Below are positions 26,328-36,716 of a DNA stretch of 49,208 bases, piece after piece. Origin of the DNA: Methanobacteriota archaeon (lineage in GTDB: Archaea; Altiarchaeota; Altiarchaeia; IMC4; SCGC-AAA252-I15). The stretch spans positions 1 through 49,208 of the forward strand of contig JBDRAY010000057.1 in assembly GCA_043823295.1 (NCBI GenBank). Direction: 5' to 3'. The number at the start of each line of letters is the position of its first letter. The first letter of the stretch is position 1. Under the pieces are notes generated by a model. It made no database searches and was not told where the DNA came from. It saw only the letters and a program-made list of their open reading frames with translations. Position numbers and translations under genes: made by a program.

Positions 26328-27106
26328 AGTTTCTCACCAAGCATTATGCTAATCCCGTCAGACGTAATACGATAAGGAGTCATCTCAGTCACGTGACCAC
26401 AACTTCTAATCTTGACAATCTCAAGCGCCCTCCTCCTAAGCTGACCCCTACGAATAGTGTAAAGGGACACCACACCATCAACCAAGAATTCCTCAACATC
26501 CAAAGTAGAACAAGAATCAATTTCCCTCGCCTTCTCATAAGTAATAATATTAGCTGAATTATGCTCATTCAAAGCATCAATCAAAAGCTTCATGCAAACC
26601 CGGTAGCCATCCTTGTCAGTGAAAGCAGAATACAGGGCGGAAATCGAATCTATAACAATCCTATCAGGACTGAAAGGCAACTCAATCCCCCTCGAATCAA
26701 TCAAAGAAATCTCGGGATGTGAAGGAAGAATCTCCGACAAAGAAATAGAATCCTTCTTACGATATTCCATAAGAGCAAGCTCAATATCTTTGACCAGTTC
26801 GTAAGCATCAAGTTTTTGAAGGTAAAAGTTCCCTTTTTTTTCGAGTGCTGCAATATCCCAGCCAAAATTCTTCTTCATGTGATGCCGGATTTTTTCAGCC
26901 TCCTCCTCCAAAGTAAAATAGATAACCTTCTCCCCTGCTAAGGCGGCATTATAGACAGACTGTAATGCAAAGATGGTCTTACCACAACCGCACCCCCCAG
27001 CGATAAGAGTCGTAGTCCCACGCTCCAATCCCCCGTCGTCTACGAGCTCGTCGAAATGCGAGACCCTGACAGGTAATGTTAAGTTTTTGTCACCCATCGT
27101 ATGCAT
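26324..27106 (-). CDS. KaiC/RecA-superfamily ATPase (single domain), second paralog
   Basis: FDELVDDGGLERGTTTLIAGGCGCGKT Walker A, IVIDSISALY Walker B region, and the C-terminal KIRSCGH...P block as in COG0467 proteins. Confidence 0.8.
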   Translation of the reverse strand: MHTMGDKNLTLPVRVSHFDELVDDGGLERGTTTLIAGGCGCGKTIFALQSVYNAALAGEKVIYFTLEEEAEKIRHHMKKNFGWDIAALEKKGNFYLQKLDAYELVKDIELALMEYRKKDSISLSEILPSHPEISLIDSRGIELPFSPDRIVIDSISALYSAFTDKDGYRVCMKLLIDALNEHNSANIITYEKAREIDSCSTLDVEEFLVDGVVSLYTIRRGQLRRRALEIVKIRSCGHVTEMTPYRITSDGISIMLGEKL

Positions 27107-27156
27107 ATACTAGATTAGTTTTGAGATATATAAAACCCCATCAATAGATTAATGGT

Positions 27157-27948
27157 ATGAACTTACTGGAAAACATTTCTACAAGTGTTAAGGCAAGCTT
27201 TGAGGAAAAGAGCAAGGACTTTGAGTATAGGAGGGCTTTGAATACTAAGTTCGCAAGGGCAGTTGAGAGGCCGTGTATTTCCTTTCCAGAGAGGGACTGG
27301 CAGAATACGTTGATTGCTGAAGTGAAATTGAATTCTCCGTCAAAGGGTAGGCTTGCAAAGGAGGATGAGTTGCCTTCTGACATAGCTTCCATTTACGTTG
27401 AAGGGGGGGCGCAAGCGATTTCAGTTCTGACGGAACCCCTCTTCTTTGAGGGGAATCTGGAGTATTTAGAGGAGATTAGGCTCAGAGTCAAGTCTGTTCC
27501 ACTTCTTATGAAGGATTTTGTCTTTGACAAGTTCCAGATTAAGGAGGGTAGGGCATATGGTGCTGACGGGATTTTGTTGATTGTGCATCTCGTGGGAGAC
27601 GAGCTTTCGGATTTGATTGAGTATGCTGATTCTCTTGGAATGTGGGCTTTAGTTGAAACTCATTCGAAAGATGAGGTTGAAGCTGCGATTTCGGCTGGAG
27701 CCAAAATTATCGGCGTGAACAACAGGGATTTGGAAACTCTTGAAGTGGATTTAGACGCATCAGTTAATCTTTGCAAGCATATTCCAGACAATCTGGTTTT
27801 TGTTGTTGAGTCTGGGATAACTTATCCGGAAGACATAAGGTATTTGAAGGATGAGTGTGTGAGAAAGCCGGACGCTTATTTAGTCGGGACTTCACTTATG
27901 ATGTCTGAGGACAAGAAGGAGAAGCTTAAAGAACTTATCGAAGCGTGA
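27157..27948 (+). CDS. trpC: indole-3-glycerol phosphate synthase
   Basis: LIAEVKLNSPSKG, ISVLTEP.FF.G, LMKDF, GADGILLI, IGVNNRDL and ESGI blocks. Confidence 0.85.
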   Translation: MNLLENISTSVKASFEEKSKDFEYRRALNTKFARAVERPCISFPERDWQNTLIAEVKLNSPSKGRLAKEDELPSDIASIYVEGGAQAISVLTEPLFFEGNLEYLEEIRLRVKSVPLLMKDFVFDKFQIKEGRAYGADGILLIVHLVGDELSDLIEYADSLGMWALVETHSKDEVEAAISAGAKIIGVNNRDLETLEVDLDASVNLCKHIPDNLVFVVESGITYPEDIRYLKDECVRKPDAYLVGTSLMMSEDKKEKLKELIEA

Positions 27949-28880
27949 ATACCATGGATTATGAATTGATTATTGTTGGGGGAGGGCCTGCCGGCTTGTG
28001 TGCCGGAATTTATGCCGTGCGAAGGGAAATTAAGACGCTGATTATCGAAAAAGGAGTGGTGGGGGGGCAAATCCTTCTCGCCCCGGAGATCGGCAATTAC
28101 CCTGGTTTTCCAAGTGTTAGCGGAACCAAACTCGCCAAGAGTATGGAAGATCATGCGAAGGGAGTTGGCGTTAAATTTGAACTCGGAGAAGTCTTGCGGA
28201 TCGGGGTTGATGTGGGTGTTAAGAAAGTTACAACATCCAATAGAACTTATGAGTGCAATGCATTGATTATCTCAACGGGCGCAATACACCGCCCCTTAAA
28301 CGTCGCCGGAGAAAAGGATTTTCTAGGTAAAGGTGTCTCATATTGTGCGACCTGTGACGGACCGCTTTTCAAGGGTAAGAAAGTCGCAGTAATCGGGGGT
28401 GGAAACCATGCTTGCGAGGACGCGGCATACCTTGCAGACATTGCAGAAAAAGTCTTCCTAATACATAGAAGAGACTCTTTCAGGGCTGAAGAGTGCCGCT
28501 TAGAGCACGCTAAGAGTAAGGGGGTGGAATTCATCACCGGCACAGTCGTGGAAGAATTTCAGGGTAATGTTTTACTCGAAAGAATAAGGCTTAAAAACGT
28601 AAAGTCGGGTGAAGAATCCGAACTTTCCGTAAACGGGGTTTTCGTATCCATTGGAGTCGTCCCCCTCTACGCTCTTGCAGAACAAATCGGCGTTTCAGTC
28701 GACGAGCGAGGCTACATCTTAGTGGATGAGAACCAGATGACTAATGTCGAGGGAGTTTACGCTTGCGGGGATGTTACGGGCGGTGTCCTTCAGGTTGCCA
28801 CCGCAATTGGTGAAGGTTGTGTTGCGGCTCTTTCAGCGTATGAGTACATTAGGAAACCTTATTGGGGTAAAGTTGATTAA
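27945..28880 (+). CDS. trxB: thioredoxin-disulfide reductase
   Basis: GGGPAG FAD motif, redox-active CATCDG, GGGNHACEDA NADPH motif and GVYACGDV. Confidence 0.9.
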   Translation: MNTMDYELIIVGGGPAGLCAGIYAVRREIKTLIIEKGVVGGQILLAPEIGNYPGFPSVSGTKLAKSMEDHAKGVGVKFELGEVLRIGVDVGVKKVTTSNRTYECNALIISTGAIHRPLNVAGEKDFLGKGVSYCATCDGPLFKGKKVAVIGGGNHACEDAAYLADIAEKVFLIHRRDSFRAEECRLEHAKSKGVEFITGTVVEEFQGNVLLERIRLKNVKSGEESELSVNGVFVSIGVVPLYALAEQIGVSVDERGYILVDENQMTNVEGVYACGDVTGGVLQVATAIGEGCVAALSAYEYIRKPYWGKVD

Positions 28881-28882
28881 TC

Positions 28883-29974
28883 ATGGCATTAAGAAGGGTG
28901 TATGCCGCATTCGGGCTTTTGGTTTTATTCGGGATTTTATGTTCAGCCCAGACTCTTGGTTTGAAATCCCTTTGGACTACGACACTTAGGGGAAGTGTTG
29001 ATTTCATCGGAGTTGATGGGAAAAACATCTTCACCTCGACGTCTGACGGGACGATCTACCTGGTGACCACAAATGGTAGGGTCAAGTGGAGTAAAACGTT
29101 TGACGGCAGGGTCACTGCAATTACCTTAAATTCAATTTACGCGGGAGTCGCCCTTGAGAATCGTGAGCTTATTTTGATGGATTTGAATGGTAACAGGATT
29201 TGGAATGTTTTAACTGAGAATTACATTGGTTTTGAGGATGCTTTACATCTTTCTGACGAGGGTTTTTATGCGGGGGATATGGCAGGTTTTGTATACTACT
29301 TTGATTTTGAGGGCAATCTAATTTCGAAAGTAAGTTCTGACGCTTACGTTGTTTCGGTTGATGAAGTAGGCAGTAACTTGGAGGTCATTTCTGATAAGGG
29401 GCTTTATTTCCTAGTTAATGGCACTTTAATTGAGAAGTTTTTCCTTAAGGATTACGTGAGAATTGCCGAGTCAAATGGGGATTACTCGATTCTAGCTTCC
29501 GGTGAGGGGGGTGTATTCCTATTTGACTATAAAGGTGAATTGATTTGGGAGAAGACGTTGGCCGAGACCGTTGGAGCGGTCTATCCGAGTTCGCAGGGGA
29601 TGTGCGCAGGCACCAAAGAGGAGGGATTGCACGTCTTTGATTTTTTTGGTGACCGTAGATGGTATCAGCAGGTTGACGGTAGTATCACCAGGGTTTTCTT
29701 AAACGAGGATTATGTCTTAGCTTCAACCATAAGTAATCTGGTTTATGCCTTCAATTGGAGGGGGAGGCTTAGATGGGTGAATCATGAAGAGTATCCGATA
29801 ACTTCATTCAATGCTTTAGGAAATGTGCTTTTGTACGGTAACAGCAGGGGTGAGTTGAAGTATTTTGTTTTGACTTCGAGGAGCAGGGTTCAACATTACA
29901 TAGTATTTCTTATCATGGGATTGACGATTGCAGTCGGATTTTGGTGGCTTTTAAGAATCTGGCACATTAGTTAA
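28883..29974 (+). CDS. membrane-anchored PQQ-like beta-propeller repeat protein
   Basis: N-terminal signal/anchor. It has repeated ~40 aa units with G.(V/I)Y..D..G...W motifs and a C-terminal TM helix. Confidence 0.6.
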   Translation: MALRRVYAAFGLLVLFGILCSAQTLGLKSLWTTTLRGSVDFIGVDGKNIFTSTSDGTIYLVTTNGRVKWSKTFDGRVTAITLNSIYAGVALENRELILMDLNGNRIWNVLTENYIGFEDALHLSDEGFYAGDMAGFVYYFDFEGNLISKVSSDAYVVSVDEVGSNLEVISDKGLYFLVNGTLIEKFFLKDYVRIAESNGDYSILASGEGGVFLFDYKGELIWEKTLAETVGAVYPSSQGMCAGTKEEGLHVFDFFGDRRWYQQVDGSITRVFLNEDYVLASTISNLVYAFNWRGRLRWVNHEEYPITSFNALGNVLLYGNSRGELKYFVLTSRSRVQHYIVFLIMGLTIAVGFWWLLRIWHIS

Positions 29975-29987
29975 GGGGGGATTTTAA

Positions 29988-31157
29988 ATGATTGTGGGTG
30001 TTGTTGGAAAACCTAATGTTGGGAAATCGACTTTTTTTAAGGCCTTGACTTTGGCTGACGCTGAAATTGCGGCGTTCCCGTTTACGACGATTAAGGCTAA
30101 CGTGGGAGTGGGGTACGTAAGAAGTCCATGTCCTGTAAGCGGCGAATCCTTTGAATGCAATCCTAAAAACGGGTTTTGTAGAAACAATGTCAGGTTCACT
30201 CCGATAAAATTGATCGACGTTGCAGGGCTTGTGCCTGGAGCCCACGAAGGAAAGGGTTTGGGAAACCAGTTTCTAGACGACTTACGCCAGGCAGACGCCT
30301 TAATTCATGTCGTAGACATTTCAGGGAAAACCAATGAAATGGGGGAGGCATGCGAAGACCACAACCCTTCCGAAGACATAAAGTTTCTGGAAGAGGAAGT
30401 GAATGCGTGGTTCGCTCAGGTTTTAAGGAAAAACTGGGAGAAAGTCTCCGGAAAAATAAAGTTTGAGGGGAAAAAACTCATAAAAGAGCTTGCACCGGTT
30501 CTTGCCGGACTTTCAATTAGTGAAAACCAGATCCACGATGCCTTAGCCGAACTTGACTTTCTGGACAAGAAGGAGTGGAGTGGTGATGAGCTGAAAGATT
30601 TTGCAGTAAGGCTTAGGGAGATTTCAAAGCCAATTCTCGTCGCCGCAAACAAGATTGACTTAGATTCCTCCCACTTTGAGGATCTTAAAGGCGACTTTGA
30701 CTTGACCCCTGTTTGCGCTGAAGCCGAGCTTGCACTCCGTCAGGCGGAGAAGGCTGGTTTAATCGAGTATACTCCTGGAGAAGGTGATTTCAAGGTCTTG
30801 GGGGAGCTTGGTGAGAAACAGAGTAAGGCATTGGATTTTGTCAGGGAAAACGTTTTGTCTAAGTGGGATGGCACTGGAGTTCAGAAAGTGTTGGATAAGG
30901 TTGTGTTCGACGTCTTGAATCAAATCGTGGTGTATCCGGTGGAAAACGAGAACAAGATGTCCGACTCTAGGGGAAACATCTTGCCCGACAGCTACTTGGT
31001 GACTTCCGGGTCGACTGTCTTGGACTTGGCCTTTAAAGTACACACTGATTTCGGGGAGAAGTTCATTTCCGCAGTGGATGCAAAGACTAAGATGAAGGTT
31101 GGAAGAGACCACGTCCTTGCCGACGGGGATGTGATAAAGATTGTTTCTGGGAGATGA
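29988..31157 (+). CDS. Obg/DRG-family GTPase with C-terminal TGS domain
   Basis: G1 GKPNVGKST, G3 DVAGLV, G4 NKID, and a C-terminal TGS-like segment (DGDVIKIV). Confidence 0.85.
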   Translation: MIVGVVGKPNVGKSTFFKALTLADAEIAAFPFTTIKANVGVGYVRSPCPVSGESFECNPKNGFCRNNVRFTPIKLIDVAGLVPGAHEGKGLGNQFLDDLRQADALIHVVDISGKTNEMGEACEDHNPSEDIKFLEEEVNAWFAQVLRKNWEKVSGKIKFEGKKLIKELAPVLAGLSISENQIHDALAELDFLDKKEWSGDELKDFAVRLREISKPILVAANKIDLDSSHFEDLKGDFDLTPVCAEAELALRQAEKAGLIEYTPGEGDFKVLGELGEKQSKALDFVRENVLSKWDGTGVQKVLDKVVFDVLNQIVVYPVENENKMSDSRGNILPDSYLVTSGSTVLDLAFKVHTDFGEKFISAVDAKTKMKVGRDHVLADGDVIKIVSGR

Positions 31158-32101
31158 GCGAGGTAACGGTAGAAGCGGGATCGCGAATCCACCTGGGGTT
31201 GATAGATTTTGAAGGGAGTTTAGGAAGACTTTACGGGGGCCTTGGAGTATACCTGGAAAAACCGAGTCTTAAGATTCTACTCTCGAAAAGTGATGACGTC
31301 TCAGTCGCAGGTTCGGGAAGGCATTCATTCAAGGGAGTCGCAACAAAATTTCTTGAACAACACAGAATCTCAGGGGGCGTGGAAATAACGGTTTTAGAAG
31401 ATATTTCCGCCCACTTCGGCCTTGGATCAGGAACCCAGACCGCACTAACAGTGTGCGAGGGATTGAGCAGATTATACGACGTAAAAACAACGGTCGAGGA
31501 AAACGCGCTCCACCACGGCCGAGGCAGGATTTCAGCTGTTGGGACGCATCTTTTCAAGCACGGGGGCTTCGTCCTCGAAGCAGGACACAAAAAAGAATCT
31601 AAAACCTTACCCCCTCTTCTCGCACGATACGATTTCCCTGAAAAGTGGGGTTTCATCATCATAATACCAGCTGAATCCAAAGGCCTGTCAGGAACAGTGG
31701 AATCAAAGGCCTTGAAAAAAACCAAGGGGAAAAAGACCAACGCACAGGAGATATCACACACAATACTCATGGAAATGCTCCCCGCACTCGTAGAAGAAGA
31801 CTTGGAATCATTCGGACGGGCAATCTCACAAGTAGACAAGATAACTGGAAAATACTTCAGCATCATTCAGGGCGGGGAATACAGGGGTAGAAAGACACTC
31901 AAGATAAAGGAATACTTGAAGAAGGAGGGTGTTAACGGATTCGGCCAAAGTTCCTGGGGTCCCGCAGTATACGGCCTCACAACGTTTGATGAAGGACAAT
32001 CTTTAGTCGAAAAAACAAAAAATTTCCTCAGCAAAGAGAACATTAATGCAGACGTGTTCTACTCAAAGCCTAGAAACCGTGGGGCAATAGTTTGCGGTTG
32101 A
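31154..32101 (+). CDS. beta-ribofuranosylaminobenzene 5'-phosphate synthase-like GHMP-family protein (methanopterin biosynthesis)
   Basis: SRIHLGLIDFEGSLGRLYGGLGV N-terminus and the GLGSGTQ phosphate-binding loop, as I recall them for the beta-RFAP synthase family. The start overlaps the GTPase stop. Confidence 0.65.
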   Translation: MSEVTVEAGSRIHLGLIDFEGSLGRLYGGLGVYLEKPSLKILLSKSDDVSVAGSGRHSFKGVATKFLEQHRISGGVEITVLEDISAHFGLGSGTQTALTVCEGLSRLYDVKTTVEENALHHGRGRISAVGTHLFKHGGFVLEAGHKKESKTLPPLLARYDFPEKWGFIIIIPAESKGLSGTVESKALKKTKGKKTNAQEISHTILMEMLPALVEEDLESFGRAISQVDKITGKYFSIIQGGEYRGRKTLKIKEYLKKEGVNGFGQSSWGPAVYGLTTFDEGQSLVEKTKNFLSKENINADVFYSKPRNRGAIVCG

Positions 32102-32143
32102 TTTTTATTTTAGAAATCATTGTTTTTTACTTCGTCTTTTAAG

Positions 32144-33427
32144 ATGGTTGATTTAAAGCCTTTTTCGGGTGTACGATACAATCAAAAGCTTGCCGGAGAC
32201 TTGGCAGGAGTAGTCTCCCCACCACACGACGTGATCGGGAAGGAAGAGCAAAACAATCTTTATGACAGCTCACCCTACAATATCGTGCGTTTAATCCTGG
32301 GTAAAAGCCTTCCAGGTGATGGTGAAGATTCAAACCAATACACGAGGGCTTCAGAACTTTTAGCGGAGTGGATAGACGAAGGCATACTAGTCCGAGACCG
32401 TGAACCCGCCATCTACGCTTACGAGCAGGAATTCAGTTTAGACAATGGTGTACGGAAAAAACAGCTTGGCTTTATCGGTCTTGTGCGACTTGAGCCTTTT
32501 GAAAAGGGTGTGATTCTCCCGCACGAGAGGATTATTTCGAAGATGAAGGAGGACCGCTTAAACCTTATGAAGGAGTGCCACGCCAACATGAGTTTGATAA
32601 TCACCGCATACTCCGACAAGGAGGGTGTGACTTCCAAATTGCTCTCGGAAGGCGCGGCCAACGAACCCGAAATCGAGGTTTCATTCGATGGAGTAGTCCA
32701 CAGGATTTGGATGATAAGCGACCCTCACGTTCTCAAGACTTTCCGGGAATTCTTTGCCGATAAAAAATTATACATCGCAGACGGCCACCACAGGTACACC
32801 ACAGCACTCGAATACCATAAAAAATTCGACGGGACCGAGAAGAGCGCCTACATGATGATGTTCATGCTCAATATGGAAGATGATGGTGTTACGATTCTTC
32901 CAGCCCACAGGGTGCTTAAGGCGATTGACGGTTTTGACGCTGAAAAGTTGAAGGAAAAACTTTCACAATACTTTGAAGTCCAAGTCTATCCAAGAGATGA
33001 TTTGGAGACGTTTTTCAAGGACTTGGATGCAGGTAGTAAAGACAATTTTTTCGGAATGTACTCTAGAAACGGCAGCATGTATCTTTTAAAGCTTAAGGAC
33101 CAGTCCGTCATGGACTCCTTCGGCGACGAACTCCCCGCAGTCTGGCGGAAGATGGACGTCATCATACTACACTCGCTCATCTTAAACAAAATTTTGGGTT
33201 TGGATTGGAATGAGTATGCCCAACGAGAAGACCTTATTTTCATAAAGGAAAGGCAGAAAGCACTGGATCTCGTCGACTCCCATAAGTTCCAGGTCGCATT
33301 CTTCCTAAACCCAACCCGAATGCAGCAAGTCAAGGAAGCCGCAAAACAAGGAGAACGCATGCCCCAAAAATCAACATACTTCTACCCGAAACCACTCTCA
33401 GGACTAGTAATACACACATTCGACTAA
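32144..33427 (+). CDS. DUF1015 family protein
   Basis: LKPFSGVRYN...VVSPPHDVI N-terminus and ADGHHRY are characteristic of DUF1015. The ATG at 32144 is preferred over the TTG at 32120. Confidence 0.7.
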   Translation: MVDLKPFSGVRYNQKLAGDLAGVVSPPHDVIGKEEQNNLYDSSPYNIVRLILGKSLPGDGEDSNQYTRASELLAEWIDEGILVRDREPAIYAYEQEFSLDNGVRKKQLGFIGLVRLEPFEKGVILPHERIISKMKEDRLNLMKECHANMSLIITAYSDKEGVTSKLLSEGAANEPEIEVSFDGVVHRIWMISDPHVLKTFREFFADKKLYIADGHHRYTTALEYHKKFDGTEKSAYMMMFMLNMEDDGVTILPAHRVLKAIDGFDAEKLKEKLSQYFEVQVYPRDDLETFFKDLDAGSKDNFFGMYSRNGSMYLLKLKDQSVMDSFGDELPAVWRKMDVIILHSLILNKILGLDWNEYAQREDLIFIKERQKALDLVDSHKFQVAFFLNPTRMQQVKEAAKQGERMPQKSTYFYPKPLSGLVIHTFD

Positions 33428-33576
33428 GAATATTAATTCGTCTAATTGTTGTTAGTTGTATTCAGCACACATTCACTCCCTGACTTTCGAAACCCCTAGC
33501 AGTAACTTCACGAGAAAGCCGAACATATCAATATGATTATTTAATTATCTAAGGGAATAATTTAAATGAATACAAG

Positions 33577-34203
33577 ATGAAAATTAAGTTTATTTCTGGA
33601 TTGTGTTTGATTTCTGTATTGGTTCTTGCCGGATGTATTTCGAATCAAAATTCAGTAACATCTAAACAAACAGAGAAGAATAGTGTTGTGAAAGAAAGTT
33701 CTACTACTTCCACCATCGACACAGGAGTTGATGTTTTTCAAGATGGATATCATGTCAAACGAGAATTCTTTGATAGCCTTGGAATTGAGACGATAGAGTT
33801 AAAATATGAGGATCTGTCTCGTTTATTCAGGACTCCAACTTACCGTACTACACATATAGGGCCAATGAAAAAAACAGAAATTTCTGATTTTGACTTTTTC
33901 ATCGATATTATGGAATATAAAAGTGTTGATGAAGCTTCTAAAGAATTTAGAACAAAAACAAAAAGTAAAAAGAGTTATTCTACCATGCACCCAGGAGAGT
34001 CGGATAACATTAAATCTGCTGAACAATTTCCTGATGGAGAGAAAGCATATTGGATGATAGAAGGGAATAAAGGTGGTGGTAGGATTGATAGCCTTTTGTT
34101 TGTGCTCCAAGACAATATCCAAATAAAAGTAACTTGCGTAGAACCATGCGACTACAAAAAAATAGGGGAAATGACTAAAAGACTCACCGAAGCAATAAAA
34201 TAA
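33577..34203 (+). CDS. putative lipoprotein, low-GC orphan
   Basis: The signal peptide ends in the lipobox-like LAGC. The gene and its flanks are visibly more AT-rich than neighbouring genes. Confidence 0.55.
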   Translation: MKIKFISGLCLISVLVLAGCISNQNSVTSKQTEKNSVVKESSTTSTIDTGVDVFQDGYHVKREFFDSLGIETIELKYEDLSRLFRTPTYRTTHIGPMKKTEISDFDFFIDIMEYKSVDEASKEFRTKTKSKKSYSTMHPGESDNIKSAEQFPDGEKAYWMIEGNKGGGRIDSLLFVLQDNIQIKVTCVEPCDYKKIGEMTKRLTEAIK

Positions 34204-34227
34204 ATATTTTGTCGGCCTCTCTTAATC

Positions 34228-34974
34228 CTACATCTTTTCCGTCTTGTACTTGCATTTCTCGTGGAGGGGGCATTCAGTGCATTCCGGCCTTACCTTACAG
34301 TGTCTTTTCGCATGTTCGACTATGAGTGCGTGGTATTCATTGTATAGTGAGACTTGTCGAGGAAGATTTTCTTCGAAGTATTTTTTCACTTCATCGTAGG
34401 ACTCATCCCCATTGAGAAATCCAAGCCTTGAAAAAAACCTTTTTGTATACGTATCTACGACAAAGCTTGGTTTCTTCGCGGCATAAAGGATTATCGAGTC
34501 CGCTGTCTCAGGCCCCACACCCCAGATTGATAGAAGCATTAAGCGAAGCTCACCAACAGGTAGTTCCAGCAAGGCTTCTATGTCACCATCAAATTCCTTG
34601 TTCACAAATTCCGCGAAACACTTAAGTTTCTCGGCCTTAACGTTATGGTAAAGCGATGATTTTATTAGATTTGAAAGCAGGGGTTTTGGAGTTCGCTTCA
34701 ACGCGTCAAGAGTTACAATACCAGCACCCTGAAGCCTTGCAATCGCCTTCTCAACGTTCTTCCAGGAAGTCGACTGCGTTAAAATCGCCCCGACTGCGAC
34801 TTCGAGTTTATCGCCAGGGGATTCAGGCACCTTATAGTCTCCGGGATGATAACCTCCTTCATGAAACTTTCCCTCACACGCTTTTGAAGTGATGGGCCAC
34901 CACCCCTGAAATCCATACGCCTTAAAAAGAGCGTCATAAACCCTTAACAGACCTTCCCTTGTGGCGTCCATCAA
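34228..34974 (-). CDS. endonuclease III-related HhH-GPD protein (COG2231-like) with C-terminal Cys cluster
   Basis: FQGWWP N-terminus, AILTQSTSWKNVEKAI, WGVGPETADSILLY-type HhH segment, and C-terminal CKVRPECTECPLHEKC. Confidence 0.75.
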   Translation of the reverse strand: MMDATREGLLRVYDALFKAYGFQGWWPITSKACEGKFHEGGYHPGDYKVPESPGDKLEVAVGAILTQSTSWKNVEKAIARLQGAGIVTLDALKRTPKPLLSNLIKSSLYHNVKAEKLKCFAEFVNKEFDGDIEALLELPVGELRLMLLSIWGVGPETADSIILYAAKKPSFVVDTYTKRFFSRLGFLNGDESYDEVKKYFEENLPRQVSLYNEYHALIVEHAKRHCKVRPECTECPLHEKCKYKTEKM

Positions 34975-36715
34975 ACTTTTTTTCCAAAGACTTTAAGAAA
35001 GAGGGTTCATAGCGGTCTAAAAGCTCCTCCTCTTTTATGAATTCAAGCGATTTAATGTGGTCTCCCTTAAGGAGTATGACGTCCCGGGGATTGCGCATTG
35101 ATTTTTTAAGCAGCTCTGACGCTTTTTCCCCGGAGAGCATTCGCGGGAAGAATACGTAGTCGGCTCCGAGATCATACAGTTGGAGTGCTTGGTCGAGTGT
35201 TTCCACTGTGACAAAGACGAGTGCGTGTGGATTCAGCTTTTTTGTCTCCTCGATTAGGAGCATGCTGTCTTCCTCGTTCGCAACAGTTGAGATGACGACG
35301 TCGGCCCTATCCAACCTAATCCGCTTTAAAATCTCCACGTCGCCAACATCCCCGTAGACTGCGTGAATGCCCTGGTCTAAAAGAGACTTGATTATCTCGG
35401 GGTTAAAGTCGACAACCAAAAAACGCTCACCCAATTCAAGGAGTGTTTTAATGACGTTGTATCCCATCCTGTGAGCCCCGATAACAATTATGTGCTCGTT
35501 TGAAGGGCAGGAATTAGACTCGAATACCTTAGCCTTCCTGCGTCCGAACTTTTCAAACAATATGAGAAACTGGTTCAACATAACGTAGAGCTGGTTGTCG
35601 AATTTGATGAGATATGAGGTCACAGTGATTGTTATCAATGCAAGGATTGCTGTCATCGAGAATACTTCAGGGGAGATGTGACCCAACCTCAATCCCGTTA
35701 AGGCAATGATCATTGAAAACTCGCTTATTTGAGCGAGACTTATGGAAGTTAGAAACGCGGGCCTGCTTGAGTATCCGAAAGTCGAGATGTTGTAGATCAT
35801 AAGAAGGGGCTTGACCACAAGGATTAGAAAAGTTAGGACAAGAAGAGGCATCAGGAAAGCTGAGACATTCGTAACCATTATCTCCATCCCTAAGGAGACG
35901 AAGAACAAGGTCGCGAAAAAATCCCTTAAGGAGTGGATTCGGCTTATAATCTCAAGGTTGTACGGAAACGTTGCGACGGCCACACCAGCTATAAAAGCCC
36001 CTATAGCCACTGAAAAACCGGATATGTAGGCAAGCCATGAAAATAAGAAGCATATCGACAAGGCCGTTAAAAACAAGAGCTCCTGTGATTTCGCCACAAA
36101 CTTGAAAACCGGGGGAAGAATGAACCTTGACAAAAGAATCGCTATGGAGAATAGACCGACGCCTTCAAGAAGGGAGACTAAAGCCGTCTCCAAGTTCATC
36201 ACGCCCGGGACTGACAGAATGGACAATACGAGTATTGCAATAACGTCTTCGGTTAAAAGTATCCCCAAAACCATCCTACCGTGAAGTGTGTCCAACTCCC
36301 CCTTGTCGGATAAAAGCTTGATCACCACCATGGTGGATGAAAACGAGACTACAAGACCCAGGTAGATCGCCTCAACAGTGGGAAAACCGAAAAAACCCGC
36401 CACATTAAAGGCCAAGAAGAATAGGAACACACTCTTGACAATAGCGGTAACGGTCGAGACCATTCCAATATCCTTAAGACGTCTCAAATCAAGCTCTAAA
36501 CCCACAATAAACAATAGAAAAGCGATACCAAACTCTGAAAGAATCTCTATAACACCCCGCTCCTCAATAAGGCCGAAGCCAATCGGGCCTAAAAGTATTC
36601 CAGCAGCCATATAAGCCAAAACAAGAGGCTGCTTGAATATCCGGGCAACGTAGGCAAGACACGTAGCCGCAACAATTATCAAGCCGATATCCCAGAAAAG
36701 GGTGAAGTCAACCAT
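34934..36715 (-). CDS. Kef-type monovalent cation:proton antiporter (CPA2) with C-terminal TrkA-N/RCK domain
   Basis: About 12 TM helices, then IIVIGAHRMG (a Rossmann GxGxxG-like motif). Confidence 0.85.
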   Translation of the reverse strand: MVDFTLFWDIGLIIVAATCLAYVARIFKQPLVLAYMAAGILLGPIGFGLIEERGVIEILSEFGIAFLLFIVGLELDLRRLKDIGMVSTVTAIVKSVFLFFLAFNVAGFFGFPTVEAIYLGLVVSFSSTMVVIKLLSDKGELDTLHGRMVLGILLTEDVIAILVLSILSVPGVMNLETALVSLLEGVGLFSIAILLSRFILPPVFKFVAKSQELLFLTALSICFLFSWLAYISGFSVAIGAFIAGVAVATFPYNLEIISRIHSLRDFFATLFFVSLGMEIMVTNVSAFLMPLLVLTFLILVVKPLLMIYNISTFGYSSRPAFLTSISLAQISEFSMIIALTGLRLGHISPEVFSMTAILALITITVTSYLIKFDNQLYVMLNQFLILFEKFGRRKAKVFESNSCPSNEHIIVIGAHRMGYNVIKTLLELGERFLVVDFNPEIIKSLLDQGIHAVYGDVGDVEILKRIRLDRADVVISTVANEEDSMLLIEETKKLNPHALVFVTVETLDQALQLYDLGADYVFFPRMLSGEKASELLKKSMRNPRDVILLKGDHIKSLEFIKEEELLDRYEPSFLKSLEKKFDGRHKGRSVKGL

Positions 36716-36716
36716 A

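Noticed and set aside
31231-31866. 211-aa minus-strand ORF
   Set aside because: It is antisense to the GHMP-family gene, which carries the GLGSGTQ loop. It is a shadow ORF without motifs.
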